From Daphnia carinata (taxonomy: Eukaryota): a stretch of 64,000 nt of DNA. This document shows, one piece after another, positions 14,501 through 28,100 of this stretch. Made by a program: the position numbers and the translations under genes. The notes beneath the pieces are model-generated. The model saw only the letters and a program-made list of their open reading frames with translations. It was not told the DNA's origin and did not search any database. Each line of letters opens with the position of its first letter. The stretch's first letter is position 1. The stretch is taken from assembly GCF_022539665.2 (NCBI RefSeq), contig NC_081331.1, positions 3,782,001 through 3,846,000 of the forward strand. Reading direction: 5' to 3'.

Positions 14501-17500
14501 TTTTCGATCCGCTTCTCTCGTATTCTTTTCATGCTTATATTACGTCACGGAGAGAGCCAAAATGGAGGATGCGCGCAAACACTATAAGACCCAATTCATC
14601 TGCGTATAACTAACGCTCCAATATAATATACATATCTCCTCCTCCTTCTATTCTTCTTTCATCTTCCCGATCTCTATTGGTTCGATTTCCTTTTTCGAAT
14701 TATTATTTTTTTGCACACAAAGACGAGCTATACGTTTTTCTTTTTTCTTTAAAAAAAAAAAAAATGAATAAAAAAAAATAAAGGAGGACTCGGCACTCGA
14801 TTTCCGTTATTTATCGGTCCGGTGGTAATTTCGATGATGTACACCCACGCATTGCCTATCCTTGTTCATCGAGACTTGTAGCTACAATGATAATAAAGAA
14901 TCAACAGAGATTTCCTTTTTTTTTTTTTTACATCCTGGCTGATTGTAAAAAAACAACAACAAAACGAAGAGAAACAGTTTGAAGAAAGATGGACCATATA
15001 GATCCTAACCGAGCCCCGCCAAAACAGAGATCCCTTTTATTTCCTTATATGCGCTTTCACAGCTTTCTTTCACTTGCAAATGAATTTTTTTTTGTGTATG
15101 CTTTACATCCAGTTTTTTTTTTATTCGTGACGGACGCCCGGCTCTTCATGTCGTCCAGGGCTTTCTGTCCGACCCCTTAGCTCCTCTTCTTTTCTTTCAG
15201 CCTCTCGATTTTGAATTTGCTTATGTATAAATACTATACGAGCTGTTGTTGTTGGTGTTGTTCCATCACAAAGAGTTTCTTTTTTCATCAGATTTCTATT
15301 TATTTATTCCAATTTGGCCAGCACTCTTGTGGTATACGCATAGAGGCATCAAAAGAATATAGTTCACGACGCCACACAAACACACAGGGACTTGTGGAAT
15401 AATCAGGTGAGATGTCGTGGTTTGATCGCTATTCGAAACGTCTTCTCGTGCGCGACCTGCACCTCAAATCAAACCTCGTTTCTTTCTTTGCACATCTTTT
15501 GCGTCATATCTTCTTTAAATTCTAAAAAAAAAAAAATAATAATAATTCCTTTCATCAATTCAAATTGCGGGGCTTTTTCAATTTCAAAATTGCTGAATAT
15601 ACGGCACATGTAAAAACGCACCTGGACTACATACAAACAATTGTGCGTGCTTTTCCCCGTGCGTTAAATCGGATTGACAGAGAAATGAAATGAATGTGAC
15701 CATCAAACTGCTTCCTGTTCTCGCTTAAACGTACATAACGCGATTTCAATCCGTTCCGGGACTGCCATTACTTTGAAGCTTGTGGTTGTACGGAAAATAC
15801 TTCCAGGCATGTGCGCATTCTATATAAACTTTGATCATTGAACACACAAAAAGAGGATAGAGGCAGCAGAGAAAAATCCGGAGCAGGAAGGAGCGCAATG
15901 AGGATTTGCCGCCTAAGAAAAGAGAGTGATGTAACACACAAGAAAGAAAGAGGGTTACGAAAAAAAATAATAAAAGGAGAATATATATATTCGTCTATAA
16001 GGAACCAGGTGCAGATGGTCTGGAACAACTTCACCGGCTCTTTTTTTTTTTTAGTCGCTCGAATTTTCTTTCTTTTTATACACAATACAAGAGCACATAG
16101 CAAAAAGAGAAGAAGAAGAAAGGCAGTTGAAAACAATCAAAAGCCAGTTGAATTTCAGGATTTCAGTTCAAGCCAAACGAAGGAGGGGGTTCAAGAGGGG
16201 GGGAAGAAAAAAAAAAGGAGAGTTGGGGGTCCCGTGATTTTTGCGGTCTTGTTCCACCGCATTAATCCTGAATGGTGTGTAAGCGCCCGGTGCGCGCACA
16301 ACTAGTTCTATTTCAAAAACGCCCTTACGGTCAGGCTGCTCTACGTGGCCAAGAGAAAAACCCGTTAACTTTCTCCCTCTTGCATTTTTCGTTTTTCAAT
16401 TCTTGAACTTGGAACACAGTCGCTTTATATAAAGAACAACCGTCACTTTCAACGGGCAAAAACTGTAGGACACACCCTTCTTTTTTATTTCAAGAATCAC
16501 GCTACTCATTCTAAAGCTATAAGGTTGACCGCATCTGCAACTGGTCCTGCTTTGCATCTGCCCGCAACATTCCAAATCGATGAACTATCCCATTTCCAAA
16601 AATATTCTTTTTTTTTTTTTATTTTGGAGAAAGTAAACAGTAACGTTGACATTCTACGACCGGATATTAGCACCACACTCATCATCGTCATCATCATTTT
16701 GGGAAGGAAATAAAAAGGGAGGGAATGTATATGTTTTTTTTTTTAAATGAGTTTGGCTCTCTGGTGCGATTAGCGCGGAATGTGGCGATATGAGTGTCTT
16801 TTGTCGGCCGTTTTCCATTCGCCCCATCGCATCGTCGTCCCGACTCAGAGCATTACGGATGCACGCACCCGCGGGAATCACTAAAAAGATCGTGTGAGGT
16901 AAAAGAAAAAAAATGTCCGCCTTCTTGTATGCGCTATTTTACACACCCCCTATGTAAGCTGGAGCAGTGACACAAGCACGGTATCTATATACTCTTTCGT
17001 GTCTTTTCTCTTTTTTTTTTTCCCCCAATCTCACAGCAACGATCTCCGTTTTATATTTAGATCGGGTAACGGGCGGCTTTCTTGGTGTTGACTGCGCAGC
17101 TCCTCATTAGTCGTCTACTTCTGTCCCCCTTTAAAAAAGAACTGAGTTTCCGTGAGCGGGGAAACTCCTTTTTAGAGGGGATAGACCCATTTTCATGCGG
17201 CATTTTTAAAAGAGGAGCACATTATGAAGAATGGATCAAGCTGTTATACCTGTACGTAGCTAACCCACTATAATTGTGTGCAACATCCGTTTTTTTTTTT
17301 TTTTTTGAGGCGGCAGACAAGCGGAAGAAGCACTGAGTGTAAACTTGCATACCACCAACGCGAAAGGTCCGGCTGAGCACACAGGCCTTGCATTTCCTTT
17401 CCTTTGAAACGGGGATATGTCCAAAAGATGCGACGGTTTTGTTTTGCTGCATTTTCTATGCATTAGCAAACATGAACGAAAAGGGCTTTTTTATTTTCTG

Positions 17501-20500
17501 GTTATAACAAATAAAACGTAACGAAGGTTTTAGTTTGCCAATGTCAAGAAACAATTTTCCAACTCTATTTTGCTACCCCCCTTTTTCCTCACCGGAAGTG
17601 AAACGCTATGCAAACCTCAACCTGCAACTCCTACCCTTTTTTTGAGGCCGTCGTGTTAGTCCTACATATTCAAATCGCTCTTTACCGTCAAGGGGGGTTC
17701 AATAACTCTTTATTCGTTCAATAGGGAAAAAAAAAAAAGAAGAGGGGACTGTTTTCACTACGACGAGCGGCCTATCGGCTAATAATCAAATGACCGCTGG
17801 TGCTACTTCATTCTTTGTATTGGTCTGCCTTTCGGGTGAACAAGAAAAAAAAAGGGGAGACCTAACATTGCCCAGGTTCAGTCTATACAATGTAAGCCTA
17901 TATAGAGGGGAGAGAAGGCTTATTCAGGTAACGTTCCGAAAATGCAACTCTTTTTTCCACAGCCATCGATGACTCGATGCCTTTTCTCTCTCTTTATTGT
18001 TCCGCTTGACAGTCACAGTTGGAGCTGGGATACAGTAGGACCAGCCTGTGTGTGGCGACATTGGCGACAGAACTACAGCACCTGCCCAGTCTTATCTAAA
18101 CAACAGACTTGTTTTGTTATTTTACAAAATTCTTTATTATTACTTTTTTTTTTTAAACATACAACACCTTTTCAACTTCACATCTGTAAAATGCGCTGTT
18201 CCTTTCTTATGCATATTCCTATGCACGATTCTAATCCTTATATCTTAAAATTTAATGTTTTTTTTTTTTTTTGCCCATAGTAAGACAGTCGAACAGATTG
18301 GTATTTTATTTTTCCCTTTTTTTCTTTTGAAATTTAGGTTTCCTTTCTTAGTTTGTTGTTGTTGCCGTTCATCTCTATTTCTGGTGAAAATGGGTCTTCT
18401 TGCTGTTGGTCTTCTACCATTTTGTGGTGGTATCTATTTCGGGGTGTCTAAAAGTCGAAGGAAGGGCATATAGTGGTGATAGCGTGCTGTCTGTAGTATC
18501 AACAACCTGATCGATGACTGTGTTTATTTTTTTTTTTTTTCTTCTTCTTTCTTTCTTTATTTTGCTCCTCTTTCTGCTTCTTTGCGTTTCCTCTTCTCAA
18601 CTGACTTTCTTACGCACGGCTCCATTCCGTATATTTATAAATAAAGATGTTTCTTTAACAGAATTTTTCTCTGTTTTCAGAAAATACAAATCGCAATTCA
18701 AAGAAGGCCAAGGAATGTTTTCCCCTGAAAAAGAAACGAGAAATATCTAATCATTATTTGCTTGTAAAAATAATCAAAAAGAGTTTAATGACCTGCTGTT
18801 GTTCTATTTGGATTGCTGGAGAAAAACAGACAACTATATGAAGGTGGTGTAGCACCGAAGGCTTTTTTCACGCACCAACCCGAACACAACTGGCCATATA
18901 CAACCAAGTCACGCAGCCAATGCTCATGATACAGTGTTAACCAACATATAAGGTGGGAGGGTGAAAAGGTCACGAACCACATACCAACTTGGAGAGAGAG
19001 GCCAAAAAAAAAGAGAAGCGCCAAGTGAATAATGCCGCATCAAAACTATACACGAGACGTGATTTTTGGCCAATGAAAAAAAAGGGACTCCCGTACGAGA
19101 AACTTCATCATCCGTCTATTATGTACGTCGAAAAGAGAAGAAAAAAAAAATCCCGACACACAACTGAACAAACAATTTCACAGCGTCTTCATCTCTTTGC
19201 GTGGGTGTGGAGGTGGTAAAAGACAACAACAAAAAACACAGAATTCGTGAGTGGGAAAAAAAAAATCGGGAGAGAAAGATACGACGACCGACGCTTCACC
19301 GGTTAATGGGATTGGCTTCATTAAGCAACCGGGAATGTTATTCTATACATATTTTTTTTTTTCTTTTCACTGTTTCGGCCCTTGCTTCACTCATGAATCG
19401 CTCACGCAGGAAAAAGGATGCAAGTCAAAAGAAGTGGAAGTGATAAAGAGAGACGTTTCCGTGTGACGTCACGGCGCCGGGCTATTCAGCTCACGACTTT
19501 TCATCATCTCTCACCTGAAACACGAAAGGAAATAAATTGGACAACAACAACAACAAAAAAAAAGAAGAGAAGTTTGGCTACGTGACCGGATCGACATAGT
19601 TCTCTCCCGCGTGAGAAAAATGGCCACAAACAACCAGCATCCCCCCCCCCCCCGTCTTTCAAAACAAAATGCAAAACGAAGAGAAAATCTTTGCGTTGAC
19701 GCCACCGTTTCCGCCCCCGCTCATCATTTTCTTCATTTTTTTTCTTCATTTTTATCGTAAACATCTGCCGATTCCCGCCGACAGGATCGCTATCATCTCG
19801 ACAGCACACGACTCGTTCTAGTTTAACTATAACAATAAAACAAATCTCTCTCCACACGCGTGTGACTTTTTCTTCTCTCGTTTTCGTTAAATTTCCAGTC
19901 GATAAACAACTTGAAAGATAAACGAAAAGTCTCCATCTATATAAAGTGACACAATAACAGTTTATTTGAATAGTTTTAAAGGTATAGTTGGACGCTAGTC
20001 GATTTGGCATCATGGATGCATATACGTATATATATATAAATTTTCCTTAATATTTTATTGAGTATAGTAAGCTTTAAAAAAGAAGTTTGGTATTCATAGA
20101 AATGGAAGGGGAGAAGGGCGTCGCGGCGTCGGTAGGAGAACAGCGTCGGCGGTTTTTCTTGAAATGGACCGTTGCCGGTTTATTTGACATTCGGGAGCGC
20201 GCAGTTTCTTCCGCCTACCCCGCAAAAGAAGTTTAAAGAACCAGCGTCCCTGGCCTCAACCCCCCCACCCCACCCCACCCGAAAAAAGGGAGGAAAAACA
20301 TATTGGTGCAACGCAGTTAATTACCGGATGTTGAACAGCAAAAAAAAAAAAGACGGGTCGCAAGTCCCTCACGCCCGTAGTGAAATTTACGCGTTTGCTG
20401 TTATTTTCAATAAACGAATTTTCTTTTTTCTCTTCCCCTTTTTCTTTATTTTTCTCTTTTTGAAAAGTTGCCCGGTGCAACAGATCTATAGATACATTAC

Positions 20501-20715
20501 ATATACACACATAAACATTTGGAATTTTCAATGAAAAGCGACTTAGTTTGTCCGCCCCTCTTTCCCACAATAATCGCCTTGCGGCCGTTGCTTCTGTAAC
20601 CCGCTCCCCATTGTAGGGAAGGTCGGGGCTGAATTGCGCATACATTTCCGTCTTTACCTATTTGTTTTATTTTTATCTAAGACAGTTTTCTAAACCCCCC
20701 TTCTTTTTCTCTATC

Positions 20716-20741
20716 TGTGTGTGTGTGTGTGTGTGTGTGTG
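20716..20741. repeat. (TG)n microsatellite
   Basis: About 13 TG units. Confidence 0.9.
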
Positions 20742-23700
20742 GCTCCCGCGTGACACGTGTCCTCCCACGACAGTCGTATACGTACGAGACTTATATTCAC
20801 TAAGGATCTTCACGTGTCATCCTTGCCCTTATCCCATTTGACTCGTGAAATAATTGAGCGGACACCACCCCCCATACAAAGGGGGAAAAAATATGAATGA
20901 AAATGGGTTAAGAAAAAACGCGTGGTTATTACACCAAAGTGGAGGCGGGTCTGGTAAATTGGTTGTGGTCTCCGAATTTTTTTTATTTTTATTTTTTTTC
21001 AGTTCAAACAGGGGACTGTGTAATAACACATAAAACGGATGTACAAGTCTTTCCATTTGCAACGATTATCATACCGAATGAATAAAACAAGGGGGCGTAC
21101 AGAACGACGGAAATGTGGGTGCGACGACGATGATGACTCTTTTTATTTTGTGTGTGCTGTTTGCTTCTATAACGATGTCATTGATATTATTATTAAACAC
21201 AATAGAGCCATTATTTGTCGATCGTGCTCATCTCGCTTTCTCTCTCTTTTTTCTATAACTATTTAACAAGGAACTGACAAAACCGGGACGGAGAAAACGC
21301 ACACCAATAATATAGACGCCGACGTGTATATGACACAAGAAAAACTATGGGTGACGATACCAATTAGGTATTTCTTCTCCTACACTTCTCTCGTTTTTTT
21401 TATTTATTTGTTTCTATTTTATTTTTTATTTTTCGTGAGTCTACGGGTCGTTATCACCCCACGACGCTGCTGAATTCGATGGTAATTCTATCGTCACGTC
21501 CACAACTGGCGTCCCGACAGCCGCACTGTAATTACTATTTCACTCTATTCATCTCTTTTTTTTCTGATTTTATTTATTTTAAAAACAAAATATAGTAGCA
21601 CCTACTACCCTACAAGTTTCGTATTGAGTTCTTTCATCTTATACGTGTCTGGGCAGGGTGTCGGCTGGGGCGCCTCTAATTGGCGCCTCCCGCCCGCGTC
21701 CACCGGCAGAAGCCAAACAGGCGAAGCAGATGCACAGACACACTCATATACACAGTGGAGAGAAAAGATATATATACATGCATAGAACATTCTTGCCCGG
21801 CAAAAGGCAATACAGACCATTTGTTCGTCATTAACTGGGCCATGGCTTTTCCATCAACAGCTCTCACAGCAAAACGTTGCCCCTCGCGTTGCAGCCATTT
21901 GCCCAGCTCCCTTAAAAGCATATACTTAAAAATTAAATAGGAGAAGCATTGATAAAGAGGAGATGCAAATCACGTGTCCTATTCACAATAGTCCACGTGT
22001 ATTGATGGAAATGGCTCGTGTGTACGTGCGCTTAATGACGTCGTCAATTTGGACAGGTGTACAAAAGAGCAATGGCAGGTGGCTCCGTTCTTATCTTCGA
22101 CTAGGAAAATGTCAAAAGACTATCTTGCCGCAGTGATATCTAGAGCAATTATCTCTTAAAAACCGGGGTGTGGCAAACTGATAGTCACCTGCCGGCTTGT
22201 GGCGAGCTGAACGTCAATCAATTAAAGCTGCGTCTTGAAAGATATTCAGAATACGTGATTTATGATCGACTTGCGATGGACACGAAACGATATGGTAATA
22301 TAAGCACTCTGCTGGATTACTAGCGCATCATTCTTCTGATCAAAATCAGCAGAAATGTTTAAAGGCAAAAGCCGAACGTATTGAGGAAATGATGTACTAC
22401 CGCACAGCAGCAGAGCCAAGTCTTTGTCAATAACCTCCGTGACGGTAGGCTCCGTGCACTTGGGTCAGCCTCGTGACCCGCAGCCCCATTTTTTTCTCTC
22501 CTTTATAATACATAATGTCTAAGGTAATACAGGTAAATATACTTATTTATTTGATGGGCTTCAACGTTCCACCGCCCATCAGGGGTCGTCGGGTAACCGA
22601 AAAACCGAACGGCCCCTTCGATGCGAAGGGCAGAAAGACACAAAAAGAAAATGAATCCATGAATATTCTAAGAAGCAGTAAATAACTAAGAGCCGCATAT
22701 GCATGCCTTTATGAATTAGACACAATTAAGAAAAGGAATAAAATGGGAACTAATTAGATGTATGTATGACACCCGGAGAAGTGCGTGAAAAGAAAAACTG
22801 TTGCGTCATCGTTTTTAATCGTTAACGCACCTTTGTCTCGTCTTCTTTTTTTTCGGACACTGTTGTCATTTTTTGTTTTCTTTCATACTGTTCAATGAGT
22901 CACTGCGCTACTCATTATGCCACACAGATCAAATTGGACGTAATGGATAACAGCACACACGGTTTAATAATAACGAATGTGTGTAGTGGTTAACGTACGA
23001 GACTAGCATTTACACGAGAAAATGATGTATAATCCTCGTTTAGGAAACAAATAGCGTGAAAAAAGGGGGATCTATGTTTTCCCTCTTTTTTTTTTTTTGA
23101 GGGCTTTCCCCACTGTTTTTGTGTCCGCATTTCTCTATTTTTTGGTGGATCTTTTTAAAATTCTCCGACGCGCTTGCAATCGTCTGACTGTAATGGACGG
23201 CGGAACAAAAAGGAGCGCATCATGTGTTCACATTGCCAGCCATAATCAAACCCCCAAAGCGAGAAATGGATACGCTTGGATGTCGTCATATTCCATAATC
23301 GCCATAAACGAATATGCCCCCTTTAAGAATTCTTTATCCGCGATGGGGAATTTAATTTTCACACACAGCATAACCCCGAAATTAAAAAAAAAAAAGAGAA
23401 TAGGGTAAAGAAGAGTCGAAAAAAAAAAACAACAAATGAAATGTGCATGAAGGAGAAAAGTTCCAGGTAGGTATAGAACGTAGATATACTAAATATAGGC
23501 GAGATATATATCATATACGAAACGAAACAAATTAGCCGACTCACCCGCTGTACATGCCACCCTCATTCTTTCTCTCTCTTTTCCCTTTTAGTTTTGTGTT
23601 TTCGTGTGTGTATCCACCTTGTTTCCTCTGTCCTGGAAATTCTTCCTGCGAGCCTGGAACACACACACACCTATTAAATAGAGGGGCACCCTATATCTTT

Positions 23701-25061
23701 GCATTTAGAGGGAGAGCGCAGCACATGACAGTAACGCATGCCATTAATTATCTCTTTTGTGGACACAGTTTACCCTCTGTTAACTCCATTTAGAACGTGT
23801 AGAGAAAAAGAATAGAGACCATCCCTATTCTCTTATTTTTTTTTTTTTGTTATTGCCCCTCTCGAATCGGAGGGGGCCTATATTAACACGGTGCGCGCAA
23901 CTCACATGTGAGGTAAGAGAAAAGACAATGGGACTCGCATATGTTCCACCTACACGCTCCCCTCCGTCCCCCTCTGCTGCAAATAGAAATATATTTCACA
24001 GAAGGAATAAAAAGCTCTTGGGTTACCTTTCGGGTAACCAGCAGTCGTGTGTTTTCCCAGTTTCTTTTTTTTTTTCATTTAACGGGCTGATGACTCATCC
24101 GAATGGATGAATGCCAATCATCGGGACATGTGTGCAAACGGGAATGGAGACTTTCGCCGTGACGATCAGGTGTTGCTGCCTGCTGTTCTGCGTTTGCTAG
24201 TCGTCGTTGATGTCTATAACCCACGAAATGGCATTGTGGCTCTATATATATGTTACACATTGCCTTCAAAAAAAAAAAAAGCGCGTGCGCTGGATATCTG
24301 TTGCTATAATCCTGCTGTTCCGCTAAAAAAATCTTAATGACTGAAACCTAACACATAAATCATTCACGGACTGAAATGATGATGTGAAAACTTCCGGCTG
24401 TTGATTTTCTTATGGCTCCGGTTAATATATTGACTTCGTTTGTTGTTTTTTTCACTCGCAAAAACAGCAACTGTTGCAAAGTGAACATTTACGTTTGTGT
24501 TATGACTAAACAAAATTCGTCTCAGGACATTTTTATCTCTTTGAATGGCCAATGTCGTCATCTGGAATTTCCAGCTGTTCTTCGACGGCTGTTAAATTTA
24601 GACTGGCTTTCAATTTTACTTAATTAAAAATATATACATACGAGGTCGCAAGAAGAACGAAGAGCATTAAACTCCGTATCGTTGCGTGATATACGTAAGA
24701 ACGTTACAAAGAGTTGGCCCAGTTATGATCCCGTTAGTTTTATCCCCTTCTCTACGCCATTGAGATCTCTTTTCCAGTTTAATCGTTCATTTCCCAGCAG
24801 TGCGCACAAGTTGGAGATTTTAAAGCGCTTTATGCTCGAAACGTAAACGCAATATGATGTAATCAACCTGTGTGATTAGGAAATTCTCTTCTAGTGCCCT
24901 GCGCACCTTGTTCATTTTCTTTTTTTTTTTTTTTTTGTAGGCTAGTGTTGAAAATGTTATCTCTCCCTGCTCTTTTCTTTTTAATTGAGCTACGTAAGCG
25001 GCCTTCGGCTTTGCCCAGTCTTTTTCGGCGTTAGTGTTTTGTCTTTTCCTTTTTATCCGTT

Positions 25062-25066
<5 letters not shown>

Positions 25067-25118
<52 letters not shown>
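25067..25118. repeat. (TG)n microsatellite, about 26 units
   Basis: Uninterrupted TG run. Confidence 0.95.
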
Positions 25119-25120
<2 letters not shown>

Positions 25121-28100
25121 TCGGTTGCTTGGCGGGGCCACCACGACAAGACGCAGGTAATTATATCGTGCCGTAACCAAATGAGATCCCGCCACGACGA
25201 GCGTGAATTTACAATACGACGTTTAAAGCAAAGGAAAAAAAAAAGAACATGCAGCTTAAAGCGGCAGCAAGAATCCCCACCTTTCAGAATACGAAGCGCC
25301 GCGGCGCCGCTCATCATATGTGAACAGCAACAAGGAAATGTTTTTTGTTAGGCTGTAAATGTGAAGGAGAGAAAAAAGAAAGAGGGAAAAACCACGCGGA
25401 AAAAAAAACAACATGTCGGGAAAACATTCACGGCCGACACGCTCAACTGTTGCCCGTGAAAATGGACGGTTACACCTTACACTGTTTCGTTAAATGCCGC
25501 ATAAAGCCTAATAAGGGGACGGTTGTTTAGACAAACACAACAAGAACTGCAGACAACGATAATCACTGAAGGATCATCGTGTACCGCCAATTTTAACGAG
25601 CCGAGCGCGGCTTTGATTTTCACTTGTTTCCTTTAAGTGTTTCGAAACAGATGGGGCATCTCCTTTAAAAGAATATCTAATTTTAATTCAAAATAGAAGG
25701 GACCAACGCGAAATAATCAACTGCGTGGATATGCCATAAAAAAAGAAGAAGAACGATTTACGATCATTTTTCTACCTTACCAAACCAAAGAAAAATATTT
25801 GAAAATAAAAAGCGGGCCATTTTTCTTGTAAAAGAAAGAGAAGGAGGGAAACCACCTTCAATAACAAAGGTGGATGCACTTGTTTCTTTTTCTTTTGGCC
25901 CTATTTGTGGTGTAGTAGTTGGACAAGGGAGGGTTACAAACACACGAAGAGAAAGGCCAAGAAAAATTTGAAAAAAGAATTTTAAATAAAAAAGAGGGGG
26001 GACCTCATTTCAATCTACGACTGTAATTTATAGCGGAAGCTGACTCGGCCGCCAGTAGGTCAAGTTCTTAACCCCCTCAACTCTCTCCTTTCTATTCCCT
26101 TCTCTGTGTTTTTTTTTTCTTCATTGTAACCAACTATACCACTATACGGACACGCACATAACCCCGGGAGAAACAAACTCTAGTCAAAAATACAAATGTT
26201 CCAGTGGCCCCCTTCTTCTTCGTTTCTTTTATTCTTGTATATTTTTTTCTCTCTCTTCGGCGTATACTCTGTTTTTCTATGCATTAAAAAGAGCTGGTAT
26301 TGATAAGCTACATCAAATTCCACTTTATTCCGATCTCTCGGTCGTCCGTTCGCCCGTGTTTAATTCCTCCGTAGCGGCTTAGTCGGAAAATTCTGAGAAA
26401 AATAAAAAAATAAAAAAAATCAAAGAAAGGGCTTTTTTCGGTCAACGTCGATTGATACATTGTTCGATACGAAATGTGTTTATTTTATTTTAGGTTTTTC
26501 TTAGGTTTTTCCCTTGTCCTTGCTTGCAATAGAATATATCAGACGAGAGTGCCGGTCGCCGCCGCGGTTCCAGTCGGCTTTTGATAAATGAAAAAAAAAA
26601 AAAAAAAGAAAAACAAATAAATATTTTACCCATCTTCTTTCATCCACGACCATCAACGAAGAGATTTCCAGCGAAAAAAAAAAATAAAGTCTAACAGCAA
26701 AAGAATAGAAGAAAACCAGTCGGGGCATTGTCCAACGCAGAACAAGTTTCTGATGTTTCGGGCAACATGTTTCCTTTGTTTATTGTTTGTTCTTTTTCAT
26801 TTTATAGCGCGTCAATTTGTAATCGACGTGTTTGACAATCACAATTCGATCGTTTATTCCATCAATCCCCTTCTCAACCTGTTTTGGTTTTTCTTTCCCT
26901 TGTGTTACGTAAAAACACCTGGCCAAAGGAAAATACCTGTTTCATGGTCATGCCTTGTTCTTTTCAATCACGTATTCTGTCCATTTTCTGATTTATTTAT
27001 TCTCCCCCCTCCCCCATCTTAACGTAAATCGCCTTCCGTCCACTCCACGAAATAATAAAATAAATATATACAAATCATCCCTATCTTTGAGGCTCCTCAA
27101 ATCAAAAGAGAAAACGGGGGTATATAAGGGCGGTGCTGAGAGGGAAATATTTAGACTTACCTTCTTGTCTGAGAAAACCTACACAATTTAAACTCATCTT
27201 GTGAAGAGGAGGGGGGGGTCGCATTAGACGTAGATGTAGGTAAAGCAGAAAGGTGGGCGGGGGAACGTGCTAGGCCTCCTTAAAGGCGATCGTCCACCAA
27301 GGTTTTTTTTTTTCTAGGTCTTCTTGTTAAGATTGTGTTCTTAGCATTTATCTGAAAAAAAAAAAAAAAGAAAAGTTGGAGAAAACGGAGCGCTGGTGCA
27401 ACCACCCACCTGCAAATAGATGAGCCCTCGACCCAAGATGGATTGTCTTTGGGTGCACTGGCTGTTGCTCCAAACAAAAGAGGAACACATGGGCTGCGAG
27501 GAGGGGGGTCAACAGGGGGTTGAAAAAGAGGTAACCTTCTTTTCGTTTTTTTATTTTTTCAAGGAAGAAAGGGAATACAAAAAAGATTCTTGTAAATTTG
27601 AACTCTTCGGCCAGGAAAAGAGATATAAATGTGGAAGAAAGAGAGAGAGAGAAAGAAAAGAAGAGGGGGTCTTCTCTCTTCTACGAGTCGGTGCAACAAG
27701 AAAATGTCGAAAGGCCAAAAAAGGACTGAAGAAATAAAAGAAGAAGAAATTCTTATTACTACCCTCGTCAACATTCCGTGGCGTGCGTACAATTCGGCAC
27801 ACGGAATCGATACGCCTGTTAGGTATATTAGCCTACATCTCGTCATATACTATATGTCCTGTTATTGCACCGTTCCATGCGTGTGTGCAATACCTTGCGC
27901 AAGCAAAGCCGTCCAAACGCAAGGACGATGACTTTTTACCGAGGTCATTTCCGTCACGGATGGGGAAGAAGAAAAAGAAAAATTAAAACTCACGCAGTGG
28001 TTCACGCTGTAAGAGGCCACGCATAAATGCCAAGCCAAAATTAAACCCGTCAGATGTGGTGGATCGAGATGTCAAACAAGAAAACCGCACAATCAATTTC

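Noticed and set aside
22561..22630. Small overlapping hairpins GGGGTCGTCGG/CCGAACGGCCCC and CCCTTCG/CGAAGGG
   Set aside because: Short and isolated, within chance expectation for 64 kb.
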